DNA of 64,000 nucleotides from an uncultured Acidobacteriota bacterium. GTDB taxonomy: Bacteria > Acidobacteriota > Vicinamibacteria > Fen-336. Where the stretch lies: positions 2,243,256 through 2,307,255 of the forward strand of contig CAVOPG010000002.1 in the NCBI GenBank assembly GCA_963697835.1, in the 5' to 3' direction. Under the pieces are notes generated by a model that did no database searches, was not told the origin of the DNA, and saw nothing but the letters and a program-made list of their open reading frames with translations. Both the position numbers and the translations under genes were made by a program. This document shows positions 1 to 9,600 of this stretch, one piece after another (within the stretch, counting starts at the first letter, position 1; the number at the start of each line of letters is the position of its first letter).

Positions 1-395
1 CGTTCGCGCGCCTCGGCCTCGACGGGCGTGCCACCCGCGCCGACGCCACGACGGCTCCGCTGCCCAAGCCCCCGGCCGGCGTCCTCGCCGCGTTCACCGT
101 CAACGAGCTCGCGGAGGAGCCACGCCGGCAGCTGCTCGCCCGCCTCGTCGATGCGGCCAGGTCGGGATCGACCGTTCTCGTCGTGGAGCCGATCTCGAGA
201 CGCGTCAGCCCCTGGTGGCCGGAGTGGAGAGAGGCCGTAAGGACCGCCGGCGGGCGCGAGGACGAGTGGCGCTTCCGCCCGCCGATGCCCGACCGCCTCG
301 CCCTCCTCGGGAAGGCCGCCGGTCTCGACGCTCGCGAGCTGACCGGCCGGTCGCTCGTCCTGCCCGGAGGGGCAGGGCTCGTCCTGCCAGGATAG
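1..395 (+). CDS. SAM-dependent methyltransferase (Rsm22-like), 3' part; 5' end lies outside the window
   Basis: Frame 3 is open from the window edge to TAG 393-395. The translation ...AFTVNELAEEPRRQLLARLVDAARSGSTVLVVEPISRRVSPWWPEWREAV... resembles the C-terminal half of class I/Rsm22-type methyltransferases. Recognition is by eye only. Confidence 0.5.
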   Translation, partial: FARLGLDGRATRADATTAPLPKPPAGVLAAFTVNELAEEPRRQLLARLVDAARSGSTVLVVEPISRRVSPWWPEWREAVRTAGGREDEWRFRPPMPDRLALLGKAAGLDARELTGRSLVLPGGAGLVLPG

Positions 396-481
396 CCAGG
401 ACTCGTCCTCGCCCTCCGGGGCGCCCGGGACTATGATCACGCCGCAGGCGCCGTTTCCGCCCGATGAACGAGGAGGCCCTC

Positions 482-1981
482 ATGCCCAAGTCCGGCTCCG
501 TCAGCCGCCGCACGTTCCTGGAGACGAGCGCCACCACCGCCGCCGTGACGCTCGTCGCGCGCCACGTCCTGGGGGGGCCGCGGCACGTGCCGCCGAGCGA
601 TCGCATCAACGTCGCGTACGTCGGAACCGGCACGCAGGGTCTCCGACAGCTGATGCCCGCCTTGCAGCGACCGGACCTGCGGATCACCGCGGTCTGCGAT
701 CCCAATCGCAAGAGCGAGGACTACGTCGAGTGGTCCCGTTTCGAGCTGCGGGACAAGATCCGGGAATTCCTGGCCGATCCCGGCTGGGCCGAGGGCGCCA
801 GGGCCTGCCCCTGCGGGCGCGAGGTGGGCCGCGAGCTCGTGGACCGGCACTACGGCGCGTCCTCGGCCGGCGGCTGCCACGCGTACGCCGACTTCCGGGA
901 GCTTCTGGCGAAGGAGAAGGACCTCGACGCCGTCTACATCATGACGCCGGATCACCTCCACGCCACGGTCGCTCTCGCGGCGATGAGGGCCGGCAAGCAC
1001 GTCATCGTCCACAAGCCGCTCGGCAACGTCCTCCACGAGGCGCGCCTCGTCGTCCAGACCGCGCGCGAGACCGGCGCCGCTACGCACATGTTCTGCGCCG
1101 CCGGGAACGAGTCGACGCCGCAGATCGCCGAGTGGATCCAGGCCGGGGCGATCGGCCCCGTGCGCGAGGTGCACAACTGGTCCACTCGGCCCTTCTGGCC
1201 GCAGGGCATGACGACCCTCCCGGCCGAGTCGGTGCCGGTCCCGGACGGGCTCGACTGGGACCTCTGGCTGGGGCCCGTGCCGCACCGGCCCTATCACCCC
1301 GCCTACACGAACGCGGTCTTCCGGGGCTGGTACGACTTCGGCACCGGCGCCCTCGGCGACATGGGGCACTACAGCTTCTTCCAGATCTTCAAGATCCTGA
1401 AGCTCGGCTCGCCCCTCACCGTCGAGGCCACCCGGAGCCAGTACTGGAAGATCGACGACCTCCTCTGGAAGAAGCAGATCAACACGGTCTCCTACCCGCA
1501 GGCCTCGCTCATCCGCTGGGAGTTCCCGGAGCGGGCGGGGATGCCCCCGGTCACGCTCCACTGGTACGACGGCGGCCTGCGCCCTCCGAAGCCCCGCGAG
1601 CTGGAGGAAGACGGCGAGCCGATGCCCGAGGAGGGACTCCTCTTCGTGGGAGACCGCGGGAAGATCCTGGGTGAGTTCACCGGCCGGGACCCGCGCCTCA
1701 TCCCGAAGGCGAAGATGACGGCCTTCCAGCCTCCGCCGAAGACCCTGCCGCGCCCGGCCGAGGAGCTGGAGCAGTGGGTCCGCGCCTGCCGCGGCACCGC
1801 CCCGTCGGACGCCAGCTTCGAGAACGTGGCGGCCATCAGCGAGACGATCCTGCTGGGGACGATCGCGGTGCGCGTCGACAAGAAGCTCCGTTGGGACGCC
1901 GCGAACGCGCGCTTCGTCGACGCTCCCGAGGCCGACGCGCTCATGGCCCGCGGCGAGTACCGCGAGGGCTGGAAGCTGTAG
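482..1981 (+). CDS. Gfo/Idh/MocA family oxidoreductase with twin-arginine (TAT) signal
   Basis: ORF 464..1981. The second ATG (482) is preceded by GAGGAGG. The N-terminus SRRTFLETSATTAAVTLVA is a TAT motif, followed by the Rossmann motif INVAYVGTGTQG and a typical Gfo/Idh/MocA body. Confidence 0.9.
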   Translation: MPKSGSVSRRTFLETSATTAAVTLVARHVLGGPRHVPPSDRINVAYVGTGTQGLRQLMPALQRPDLRITAVCDPNRKSEDYVEWSRFELRDKIREFLADPGWAEGARACPCGREVGRELVDRHYGASSAGGCHAYADFRELLAKEKDLDAVYIMTPDHLHATVALAAMRAGKHVIVHKPLGNVLHEARLVVQTARETGAATHMFCAAGNESTPQIAEWIQAGAIGPVREVHNWSTRPFWPQGMTTLPAESVPVPDGLDWDLWLGPVPHRPYHPAYTNAVFRGWYDFGTGALGDMGHYSFFQIFKILKLGSPLTVEATRSQYWKIDDLLWKKQINTVSYPQASLIRWEFPERAGMPPVTLHWYDGGLRPPKPRELEEDGEPMPEEGLLFVGDRGKILGEFTGRDPRLIPKAKMTAFQPPPKTLPRPAEELEQWVRACRGTAPSDASFENVAAISETILLGTIAVRVDKKLRWDAANARFVDAPEADALMARGEYREGWKL

Positions 1982-2001
1982 TCACCCGCGAGCACCCTCT
2001 T

Positions 2002-2024
2002 GTACACCTCGGCCAAAGGTGTAC
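2002..2024. promoter_or_regulatory. Perfect 8-bp inverted repeat GTACACCT-N7-AGGTGTAC upstream of vapB (candidate TA operator, or terminator of the upstream gene)
   Basis: Read directly: gtacacct cggccaa aggtgtac. It ends 10 nt before the vapB ATG (2035) and 21 nt after the stop of the upstream gene. Confidence 0.4.
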
Positions 2025-2034
2025 GGTGAGGTGT

Positions 2035-2274
2035 ATGAGAACGAACATCGTCCTCAACGACGAGCTCGTGCGCGAGGCGGCTCGCTACGCGAAGGGCCGT
2101 TCGAAGCGCGCCCTGGTCGAGGAAGCGTTGGCGACGTTCGTGGCGGTGAAGAGCGCCGAGCGCCGGCACGCGACGTACCGCGAGCGGCTGACCCGTCTCG
2201 AGACCCGGCTGGGCGCGCTCCGCCTGCGCGAGAGCCCCTCCCGCCTGCTGCGGCACGACCGGCAGCGCTCGTGA
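2035..2274 (+). CDS. vapB: Type II antitoxin, VapB family
   Basis: MRTNIVLNDELVREAARYAKGRSKRALVEEALATFV... is a typical VapB N-terminus. ATG at 2035 follows GGTGAGG. The stop overlaps the GTG of the downstream PIN ORF (GTGA). Confidence 0.8.
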   Translation: MRTNIVLNDELVREAARYAKGRSKRALVEEALATFVAVKSAERRHATYRERLTRLETRLGALRLRESPSRLLRHDRQRS

Positions 2275-2543
2275 GATCCCTGGTACTCGACACGAGCGTC
2301 GCGATCGCCTGGTACCTGCCGGAGACCTTCCGGGCCGCGGCACGGGTCTGGCAGTCACGGCTGCTCGACGGGCGCGTCCGTCTGGTGGTGCCGGGCCTGC
2401 ACTACTGGGAGTTCGGCAATGTGCTCCGGACCTACGTCATGCGCTCCGAGCTGGAGGATCTCCCGCTGCTGACGGCCGAGCGCACCACGACACCGTGGGT
2501 GGTGAAGCTGGGCCGCCGGGTCGAGAGCGTCCTCAAGAACTGA
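2271..2543 (+). pseudogene. vapC: PIN-domain toxin (VapC), C-terminally truncated or aberrant (90 codons)
   Basis: VRSLVLDTSVAIAWYLPE...VVPGLHYWEFGNVLRTYV carries the first Asp and the Glu of the PIN acidic set. After about residue 60 the sequence (EDLPLLTAERTTTPWVVKLGRRVESVLKN*) no longer looks PIN-like. The ORF stops about 40 residues short, so the distal catalytic Asp residues are absent. Confidence 0.55.
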
Positions 2544-2672
2544 GGGCCGAGCTCCGTCGCCCGTGCCTTCTGCTCGAAACGCCTGAGACGGTCCTTGTGG
2601 GCGGCCAGAACCTCGGGGATGACTTCGACGGCGATGTTTGATCCCGACAGGTCCCGAGGTGGTAGGCTTCCG

Positions 2673-3614
2673 ATGGCCCGGTTCGGGAATGGGCGGGCCG
2701 TCGAGAGGCGCGGAGTCGTGAATAGCAGGACCGTCGCCGGCGTGCTCCTGGCGCTGCTCGTCGCGGCGTCGTCGGCAACCGCGCAAGCGCCGGCCGCGAA
2801 GGGCGCGGGGCCGCCGCTGTCGTGGCGCGTGATCGTGGGCCCGTCGATCAGCCTCCCGGCCTTCGACACTCCGTACGCATCCACGTACTCCCCACCCTTC
2901 CAGTACGTCCCCCACACGAGCACGGCGACGCAGACGATGCCGCTCGACGCGGGCACGGCACCGGGGGTACTGGTGGGTGTCGAGCGCGCGCTGGGCGGAC
3001 ACGTCGCTCTGCAGCTCTCCGCCCACTTCGGCAAGGCGAGCCTCTCGGGTGCGCCGGGCCAATACGACCTCAGCATGCAGTTCACCTCACTACAGCCGCC
3101 CTCGTACGAGCCCGTGGAGGTGAGCCTGCAGCGGTCCGAGGCTCGGCCCGAGGCCGACGGTCACCTGAAGACGCTGGCTTTGGCTTTCGACGTCGCGGCC
3201 TGGACGGACCTCGGCTCCGGGGGACGCCTCGGGTTCTCCGCCGGTCCGGCCTGGCTGCGGACGACGGGGCGGGCGGAGAGCCTCGTCTACACTGCGTACT
3301 TCATGGGCGGCCACTCGGTGGCCTTCTCCGAGGACTACCTCGTCTCGTTCGAGTTCCCCGCGAGCGCCCTCGGTCTGGACGTCGGGGGATTCGCCGAGGT
3401 GGCCCTCGGCCGGCACGCGGGCCTGCGCCTCGACGTGCGCTACACCTGGGGACCCGAGCGCGACGCCGAGGTGACGCTCCGCGAGATCGTGAACGCGGAC
3501 GAGGTCATCCGCAGCGCCGAGCTGGCCGACATCGAGAGCGGGCTTCTCCCGGCCCCGGTGCGGGTCGATCCTTCGCTCTTCCGTGCCGCCCTGGCGCTGA
3601 CCTTCCGCTTCTGA
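2673..3614 (+). CDS. Predicted outer-membrane beta-barrel protein (hypothetical)
   Basis: Signal peptide VAGVLLALLVAASSATAQA, alternating beta-strand-like sequence and a C-terminal ...ALALTFRF (terminal Phe). The alternative start is GTG 2718. Confidence 0.55.
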   Translation: MARFGNGRAVERRGVVNSRTVAGVLLALLVAASSATAQAPAAKGAGPPLSWRVIVGPSISLPAFDTPYASTYSPPFQYVPHTSTATQTMPLDAGTAPGVLVGVERALGGHVALQLSAHFGKASLSGAPGQYDLSMQFTSLQPPSYEPVEVSLQRSEARPEADGHLKTLALAFDVAAWTDLGSGGRLGFSAGPAWLRTTGRAESLVYTAYFMGGHSVAFSEDYLVSFEFPASALGLDVGGFAEVALGRHAGLRLDVRYTWGPERDAEVTLREIVNADEVIRSAELADIESGLLPAPVRVDPSLFRAALALTFRF

Positions 3615-3619
3615 AGCTC

Positions 3620-3651
3620 GGGCCCGCGCCGCCCTCACGCGGCACGGGCCC
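3620..3651. terminator. GC-rich hairpin between convergent genes (candidate bidirectional terminator)
   Basis: gggcccgcgccg-ccctcacg-cggcacgggccc sits between the stop at 3614 (+) and the stop at 3683 (-). There is no clear U-tract. Confidence 0.4.
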
Positions 3652-3682
3652 GCGATCGATCGGCCGGTTCCCGGGGCTCGTG

Positions 3683-6600
3683 CTACTCCATGTACCCGTT
3701 GACGTCGATGATGACGTGCCCGGTCCCCGTCGGCGCCAGGAGGACTCCGATGTCCCCGTTGGTGCCCAGCGCCACGAACCCGTTGTTCGCGCGGGTCTGT
3801 CCGGTGCTGAAGTTGACGGAAGACGTCGCCGGCGCCGGCGTCCCGCCCGGGAACAGCCTCACGTTGCCGCCGGCGGTGGAGCCGGTCACGGTGACGTTGT
3901 ACGAGATGGCCCGGGCCGTCGGCGGGATGAGGCAGTTCCCCCCCACGACCGTGAAGGTCCGTGAGACGCCCGCGACGAGAGGCGCGCCGGGTGCGGGATA
4001 CCGGGTGTCGACGAGCCGGCACGGAGCGACCGTGTAGAAGCCCATCGCGATCTGGGAGAGCGAGTCGCCGATCGTGGCGGTGGCCATCCCCGCCCCGGTG
4101 GCGATAGTGGCGTTCGTGGGCGAGGACAGGGTCAGGGTGAAGGTCTCCGCGCCCTCGACGAGCGCGTCGGAGAGAACCGCGACGTCGACCGTCCGGGTGA
4201 GGTCCCCGGGGTCGAAGGAGAGAGTGCCGGAGGTCGAGGTGTAGTCCGAGCCGGCCAGGGCCGATCCGTTCGCCGTCGCGTAGTCGACGGTGACGGTGCT
4301 GCCGGAGGCGCCGCTCAGGGTCACGGTGAAGGTCGCGTTGACGCTGCCGCTGAGCGGCTCTGTCGCCTGGACGGCGAGGGGCGAGAGCGAGATCGTCCGG
4401 GGCGAGTCGTCGTCGAGGATGATCCCGAGCGCCTTCGTGCGGGCGAGGGTCGCACCCCCGGTGGGGCCGCTCAAGCTCAACCCGAAGGACTCGTTGGCCG
4501 CCTCGACGGTGGTGTCGCCGATGACGGACACCGACACCTGCTGGGACAGCACGCCGGGGGCGAAGGTCACGAGCGTCGACAGGGTCATGAAGTCCGTCCC
4601 CGCGGTGGCCGCGGGCGGGGTGGGGCCGCCGGGGCTCGTCGCCGCGTTCACGGTGACCGGCTGGGCGTGATCGCCGCTCACGGTCAGCGTGAACGTCGCC
4701 GGCGTGGTGCCGGAGTTCCCCTCCGTCACCGAGACGTCCGCCACGTTGATCGTCAGCACGTCGTCGTCCGTGATCGTGCCGTCACCTCGGCTGTCCGAGA
4801 TCGCGGGCCCGGTGCTGTTCGACAGCACGACGGCGAAGGTCTCGTTGGCCTCGTCCAGGGTGTCGCCCACCACCGGTACCGTCACGGTCCTCGTGGTGGT
4901 CCCCGCCGTGAACGTCAACGTGCCCGACGCGGCCAGGTAGTCGACTCCCTCCGTGGCGGGGTTCGTAATCCCGGCCGCAGTCGCCCAGTTGACGGTGAAG
5001 TCGCGGTAGTAGGGCGTATTGAGGCTGAGGCTGACGGTGAAGACCGCGTCCGTCGTGCCGGCGTTGCCCTCCGGGATCGTCACGTTGTTGATGGCCACCG
5101 TGGCCGTGTCGTTGTCGTTGATCGTCCCCACCGCGTCTCCGTCGAGGATGAGCGGCCCGCTGCTGTTCGAGAGGTGGACGAGGAAGGTCTCCGCCGGCTC
5201 GTCGACGAGGTCGCTGTTGACGGTCACCGTGAACGTCCTGGTCCTGGTCCCCTGGGGGAAGCTGAGGGTGCCCGAAGTGGACACGTAGTCGACTCCGGCC
5301 GTCGCCGGCTGCGCGCCGCCGTCGGCCGTCGCGTAGTCGACGGTGAACGCGCTCTTGTTTCCGGCGACGTCCGCGGTCGACACGGTGAACGTCACGGTGG
5401 CGGTGCCGGTGTTGCCCTCGGTCGTGCTCGCGTCGGCCACCGAAACCGTCGTGTCGTCGTCCGTGATCGTGGCGAGGCCGCTGGTGTCCGAGATGCCGGG
5501 ACCGGTCGAGTTGGACAGGACCAGGGTGAAGGCCTCGTTGCTCTCGTCGAGAACGTCCCCGAGCAGCGGCACCGTGAGCGACCTCTGGGTCGCTCCCTTC
5601 GGGAAGAAGAGCGTCCCCTGGACGGCCGTGTAGTCGAGTCCGGCCTTCGCGGTGCCGTCCACGGTCGTGTAGTTGAGCGTGAAGTCGCGGTAGTAGGGGG
5701 TCGAGATGGTGATGTTGAACGTGGCGTTGGTGGTGCCCGTGTCGCCTTCGGGGATGTTGCCGGCGTCGGCAATGGCGAGCGTCGAGTTGTCGTTGTCGGT
5801 GATCTGGCCGACGCCGCGGCCGACGCCGACCCAGGCTCCCCAGTTGCTGGCCGTGTCGAGGTCGACCCAGAACTTCTCGTTGGGCTCGTCGATCGTGTCG
5901 TCGAACGTCTCGACGCTGATGGTGTGGGTCGTGTCCCCCGGGCGGAAGACGAAGAAACCCGACGTCTCGCGGTAGTCGAGGGCCGGGTCTGCCGGCGGAT
6001 CCTCTCCGCCCACGCCGCTCGTCCAGTAGAGCCGCGTCGTCTTCTCGCTCGGCTTGTTGTTGAGCGTCGCCTGGAAGACGGCGAACGGGGGATTGGTGGC
6101 GGACTCGGTCACCGTGACGCTGTTGAGCGAGACCGTCGGCCAGTAGGGCCCGTCGGGTCCGGGGACGTCCTCGTTCTCGATCCAGGCGGCCGCCGTCGGG
6201 ACCGCGATGGTCCCCTCGGTCGGGTTGAAGATCTCCACCGCGAAGGACTTGTAGTGGTCCTCGTAGGCCTGGTCGTTGACCGTCGCAATGGAGAGGGTGA
6301 CGGTCTGGGGTGTCGAACTCGTGGTCGCGGCGAACTTCACGGGCGTGTGCGTGAGCACGTGGACGCCGGGCGCGAAGGTCATCTTTTCGACGTAGTCGGT
6401 GCCCGGTTTGGCCGTGATCGCGACCGTGCGGTAGTCGACGTAGATGTCGGCGGCGTGCCCTCCGGTGCCGCTGGTCAGGGTGACCTTGAAACTGATGCTG
6501 CTTCCTTCCCGGACGCACACCGAGGTGGGGGCACCGACGCAGACCGGGGGATTCTGGGCCGGTGGGGTCACGCCATCGATCGACAGGGTGGGGGCGGCGG

Positions 6601-9600
6601 CTAGCACCACCGCTCCAGGGTCGCCTCCGCCCGTGACCTCGCGTCTCGCGGCGCCGTCGGTCGAGCGGCTCGCTGCGGCCGAAATCGCTGCGGCACCGTC
6701 AGCGCGCGGCGCCGCCGCCGCGGAGCGCGCGGCCAAAGCCGCCGGCCCGAGTTCGAGCGCCCAGGGCTCCGAGTTCGAGTAGTCGTCGGCGCCCGCGAAG
6801 ACGATCTGGCTCCCGAGGCGCGCGAGGTAGTCCGAGGTGACGCCGCTCATCACGCCCGGGAGAGGATCGGCGGCCAGGGCGATCGTCATCGTCGTCTCGT
6901 CGCAGTACCAGAGCTCGCGCCCCGTCGCGACCGTCTGCGCCGTGAAGAAGAAGCCGTTCGAGGTCACGACCCGGCACTTCGCGCGCCCGCAGGACTCGAG
7001 GTTCAGCGAGGGGTCGGAGGGCTCGGCCGGCTGGAACTCGAGCGGGGCCGAGGGGTCCTGGTTGAGGTCCTGCACCATCCGGGTGCCGCCGGTCGTGCCG
7101 TCGCTCGTCCAGAGCTCCAGGCCGTGCACTCCGTCGTCCACGACGAAGTAGAGGCGGCCGTGGATCTCCGTCAGCTGGTTGGGCCCGTTCGCCGGGTCGC
7201 AGGAGTTCGAGGGGCCGGTCGCGAACCCGCCGCCGGGGGTGAGGAAGTCCTTCACCAGCGTGACCGTGGTCCCGTCCGTCTTGTAGAGGCCGCGGCCGAC
7301 CTTCGGGTCGCAGGCCGCGAAGAACACGGTCGTCCCCACCGTGGTCAGCTCGGAGACGGCGGCGTCCCCGTTGGGCCAGAGCGTGCTGAGCGGAGTCGCG
7401 GCGTCCTGTACGCCGTTGGTCGTCCACAGCTCCTGCTTCAACCGGCCGGGCGAGGTCGACCCGGAGCGCTTCGCGATGAAGAGCGTGCTGGCGACGGCCG
7501 CCAGCTGTCCGTCGACGCGCGCCTCGATCAGCTGCCGGCCCGTGCTCGGGCTCCAGGACCACAGGTTGGTCTCCGTCGAGGCCTGTGTCTCCTTGGCGGT
7601 GAGGAAGACGCTCCCGTTGAAGGTGACGAACTCCCGCGGGTCCTTGAAGGTGTCGAGGACCGCCGTGCCGGCGGTCGTCCCGTCCGTGACCTGGAGCGTC
7701 GGGCCGTTCTGGTCGGGGCTCGCCGAGAACAGCAGCCGCTCCTCAGGCGCGACCACCCCGGCCGGGACGACGAAGAAGCGCCACGGGTTCGAGGAGACGC
7801 TGCCGGTGTAGACGTCCTTGACGAGGGTTGGGCTGGTGCCGTCGTAGGACCAGAGCTCACGGCCATAGGGCGTCCCGGGCTCGTAGGTGCCCGAAATGAG
7901 CAGCCTGCCGTTGAGGACGGCCATCTCCACGATGTCGAAGAAGGGCTCCCGGAACTCCACCGTCGTGCCGTCCGTTCTCCAGAGCCCGGTCCGGTCGGCG
8001 GTGTGGAGCGAGTCCCAGTTCTCGCTGGCGAAGAAGTAGACGTATCCCTGGTACGTGGTGAAACCGGTGGCACCCGACCCCTGGAAGTCCGCCCCGAAGT
8101 AGATCGACGACCCGGCGATCTCCGCGATCTTGCCCGCAGTGAAAGCCGTCGGGACCGTGAACAACGCGCTGATTGCGGTCCCACCCGGGCCGGTGACGGA
8201 GATCGAGCCGCTCCGGGCCGCGGCCGGAACGGTGGTCGAGATCTGGGTCGCGGAGTCGACGGTGAAGGTGGCGCTCGCGCCGGCGAACGCGACCGCGGTC
8301 ACTCCCGTGAAGTTCGTCCCGGTGATCGTCACTGCCGTGCCGGCGGCGCCGACCGTGGGAGTGAAGCTCGTGATCGTCGGCGCGGGAATCGAGGTCACGG
8401 TGAAGCTGGAGGCGCTGGTCGCCGTCCCGCCGGGTGTCGTCACGCTGATCGGCCCCGTAGTCGATGCCGGCGGCACCGTCGTCACGATCATGGTCGGGGT
8501 CACGACGGAGAAGGTGGTACTCGTCCCGTTGAACCGCACGTCGGTCGCGGCGGTGAAGCTCGTGCCCGTCAACTGCACCGAAGCGAAGTAGCCGCCGCTC
8601 GTCGGGTTGAAGCCGGTGATCGTCGGCGGATGAGCATGGCGGAGGATGACCAGCCCGTTGTTGTAGTCGGCGAGCACCACGTCGGGCCTGCCGTCGTTGT
8701 CGATGTCCCCGACGGCGAGCCCGTGCGGGTTGTAGTGGCTCGCATACGGGATCGGCTCCAGCATCTCGGAGCCGAGCACGCCGGCCGCCTGCAGGTAGAC
8801 GCCCAGCGCGGTCCAGCCGCCGTGCGCGACGAGCACGTCGGGCTTCCCGTCGCCGTTCACGTCGGCCACCTCCACCGGCTCGGGAATGTCGTAGGAGGCG
8901 TACGTCGTCGGGCTGGCGGCCAGCACTCCGCTGCCGTCCTGCGCGAAGACCGCCAGCCCGGAGCTCGGCTGGTTCCCACCGAAGCTCGCGACGAGGTCCT
9001 TACGGCCGTCGCCACTGACGTCTCCCACGGCGACTCCCGACGGCCACTCACCCCCTCCGACGGACCGGTTCACCAGTCCGCCAAGCGTGCCGTCCGCCTG
9101 CTGGTAGAGCACGGAAATGCTCACCGTCGCCATCCCCTGGTCGCTCGTCACCGCGACGTCCGCCCAGCCATCGCCATTGAGGTCGCCGACCTCGAGGTCG
9201 TCCCACCCCGCGTGGGGCGCCGAGTACACGACCGGGGTGGCGAGCGTCCCGTCGGCCTGCTGGAGGAGGACGGTCACGGTGTCGGTCCCCCAGCCCGCCC
9301 CCACGATGTCGAGGCGCCCGTCGTGGTTCAGATCGGCGATCCGGACCTTGCCCGAGTCGATCGTCGGGTGAAGAGAGACGGGATCGAGGGTCCCCGACGG
9401 GTTCTGGTAGAAGACTCCAATGGCGTCGCCGGTGTTCCCCACGACGATGTCGTTGCGTCCGTCACCGTTCAAGTCCCCGATCGCCACCGTCTCCGGCGAG
9501 CTGGTGTAGGTCCCGGCCGCGGGGTACTTGACGGGTGCGTCGAGGGTGCCGTCAGGCAGTTGTGGGAAGACGAAGAGCTTGTAGTCGTTGGCGGCGTCGA

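Noticed and set aside
433-1674. Long ORFs overlapping or antisense to real genes. Examples are 433..1674, 437..1561, 4667..6604, 4782..6518, 7124..9979, 18741..20063, 19858..22275, 28719..31016 and 36305..38095.
   Set aside because: Their translations are Arg/Pro/Gly/Ala-dominated low-complexity strings with no recognisable motifs. Each overlaps a frame that encodes a clearly recognisable protein. Such shadow ORFs are expected in very GC-rich DNA because stop codons are AT-rich.
4064-6586. Periodic about 340-nt repeats that could be mistaken for a CRISPR array, satellite or VNTR.
   Set aside because: They are in-frame Calx-beta protein modules inside a continuous ORF. The units are far longer than CRISPR repeats, they diverge from one another, and no spacer/repeat alternation or cas genes are present.
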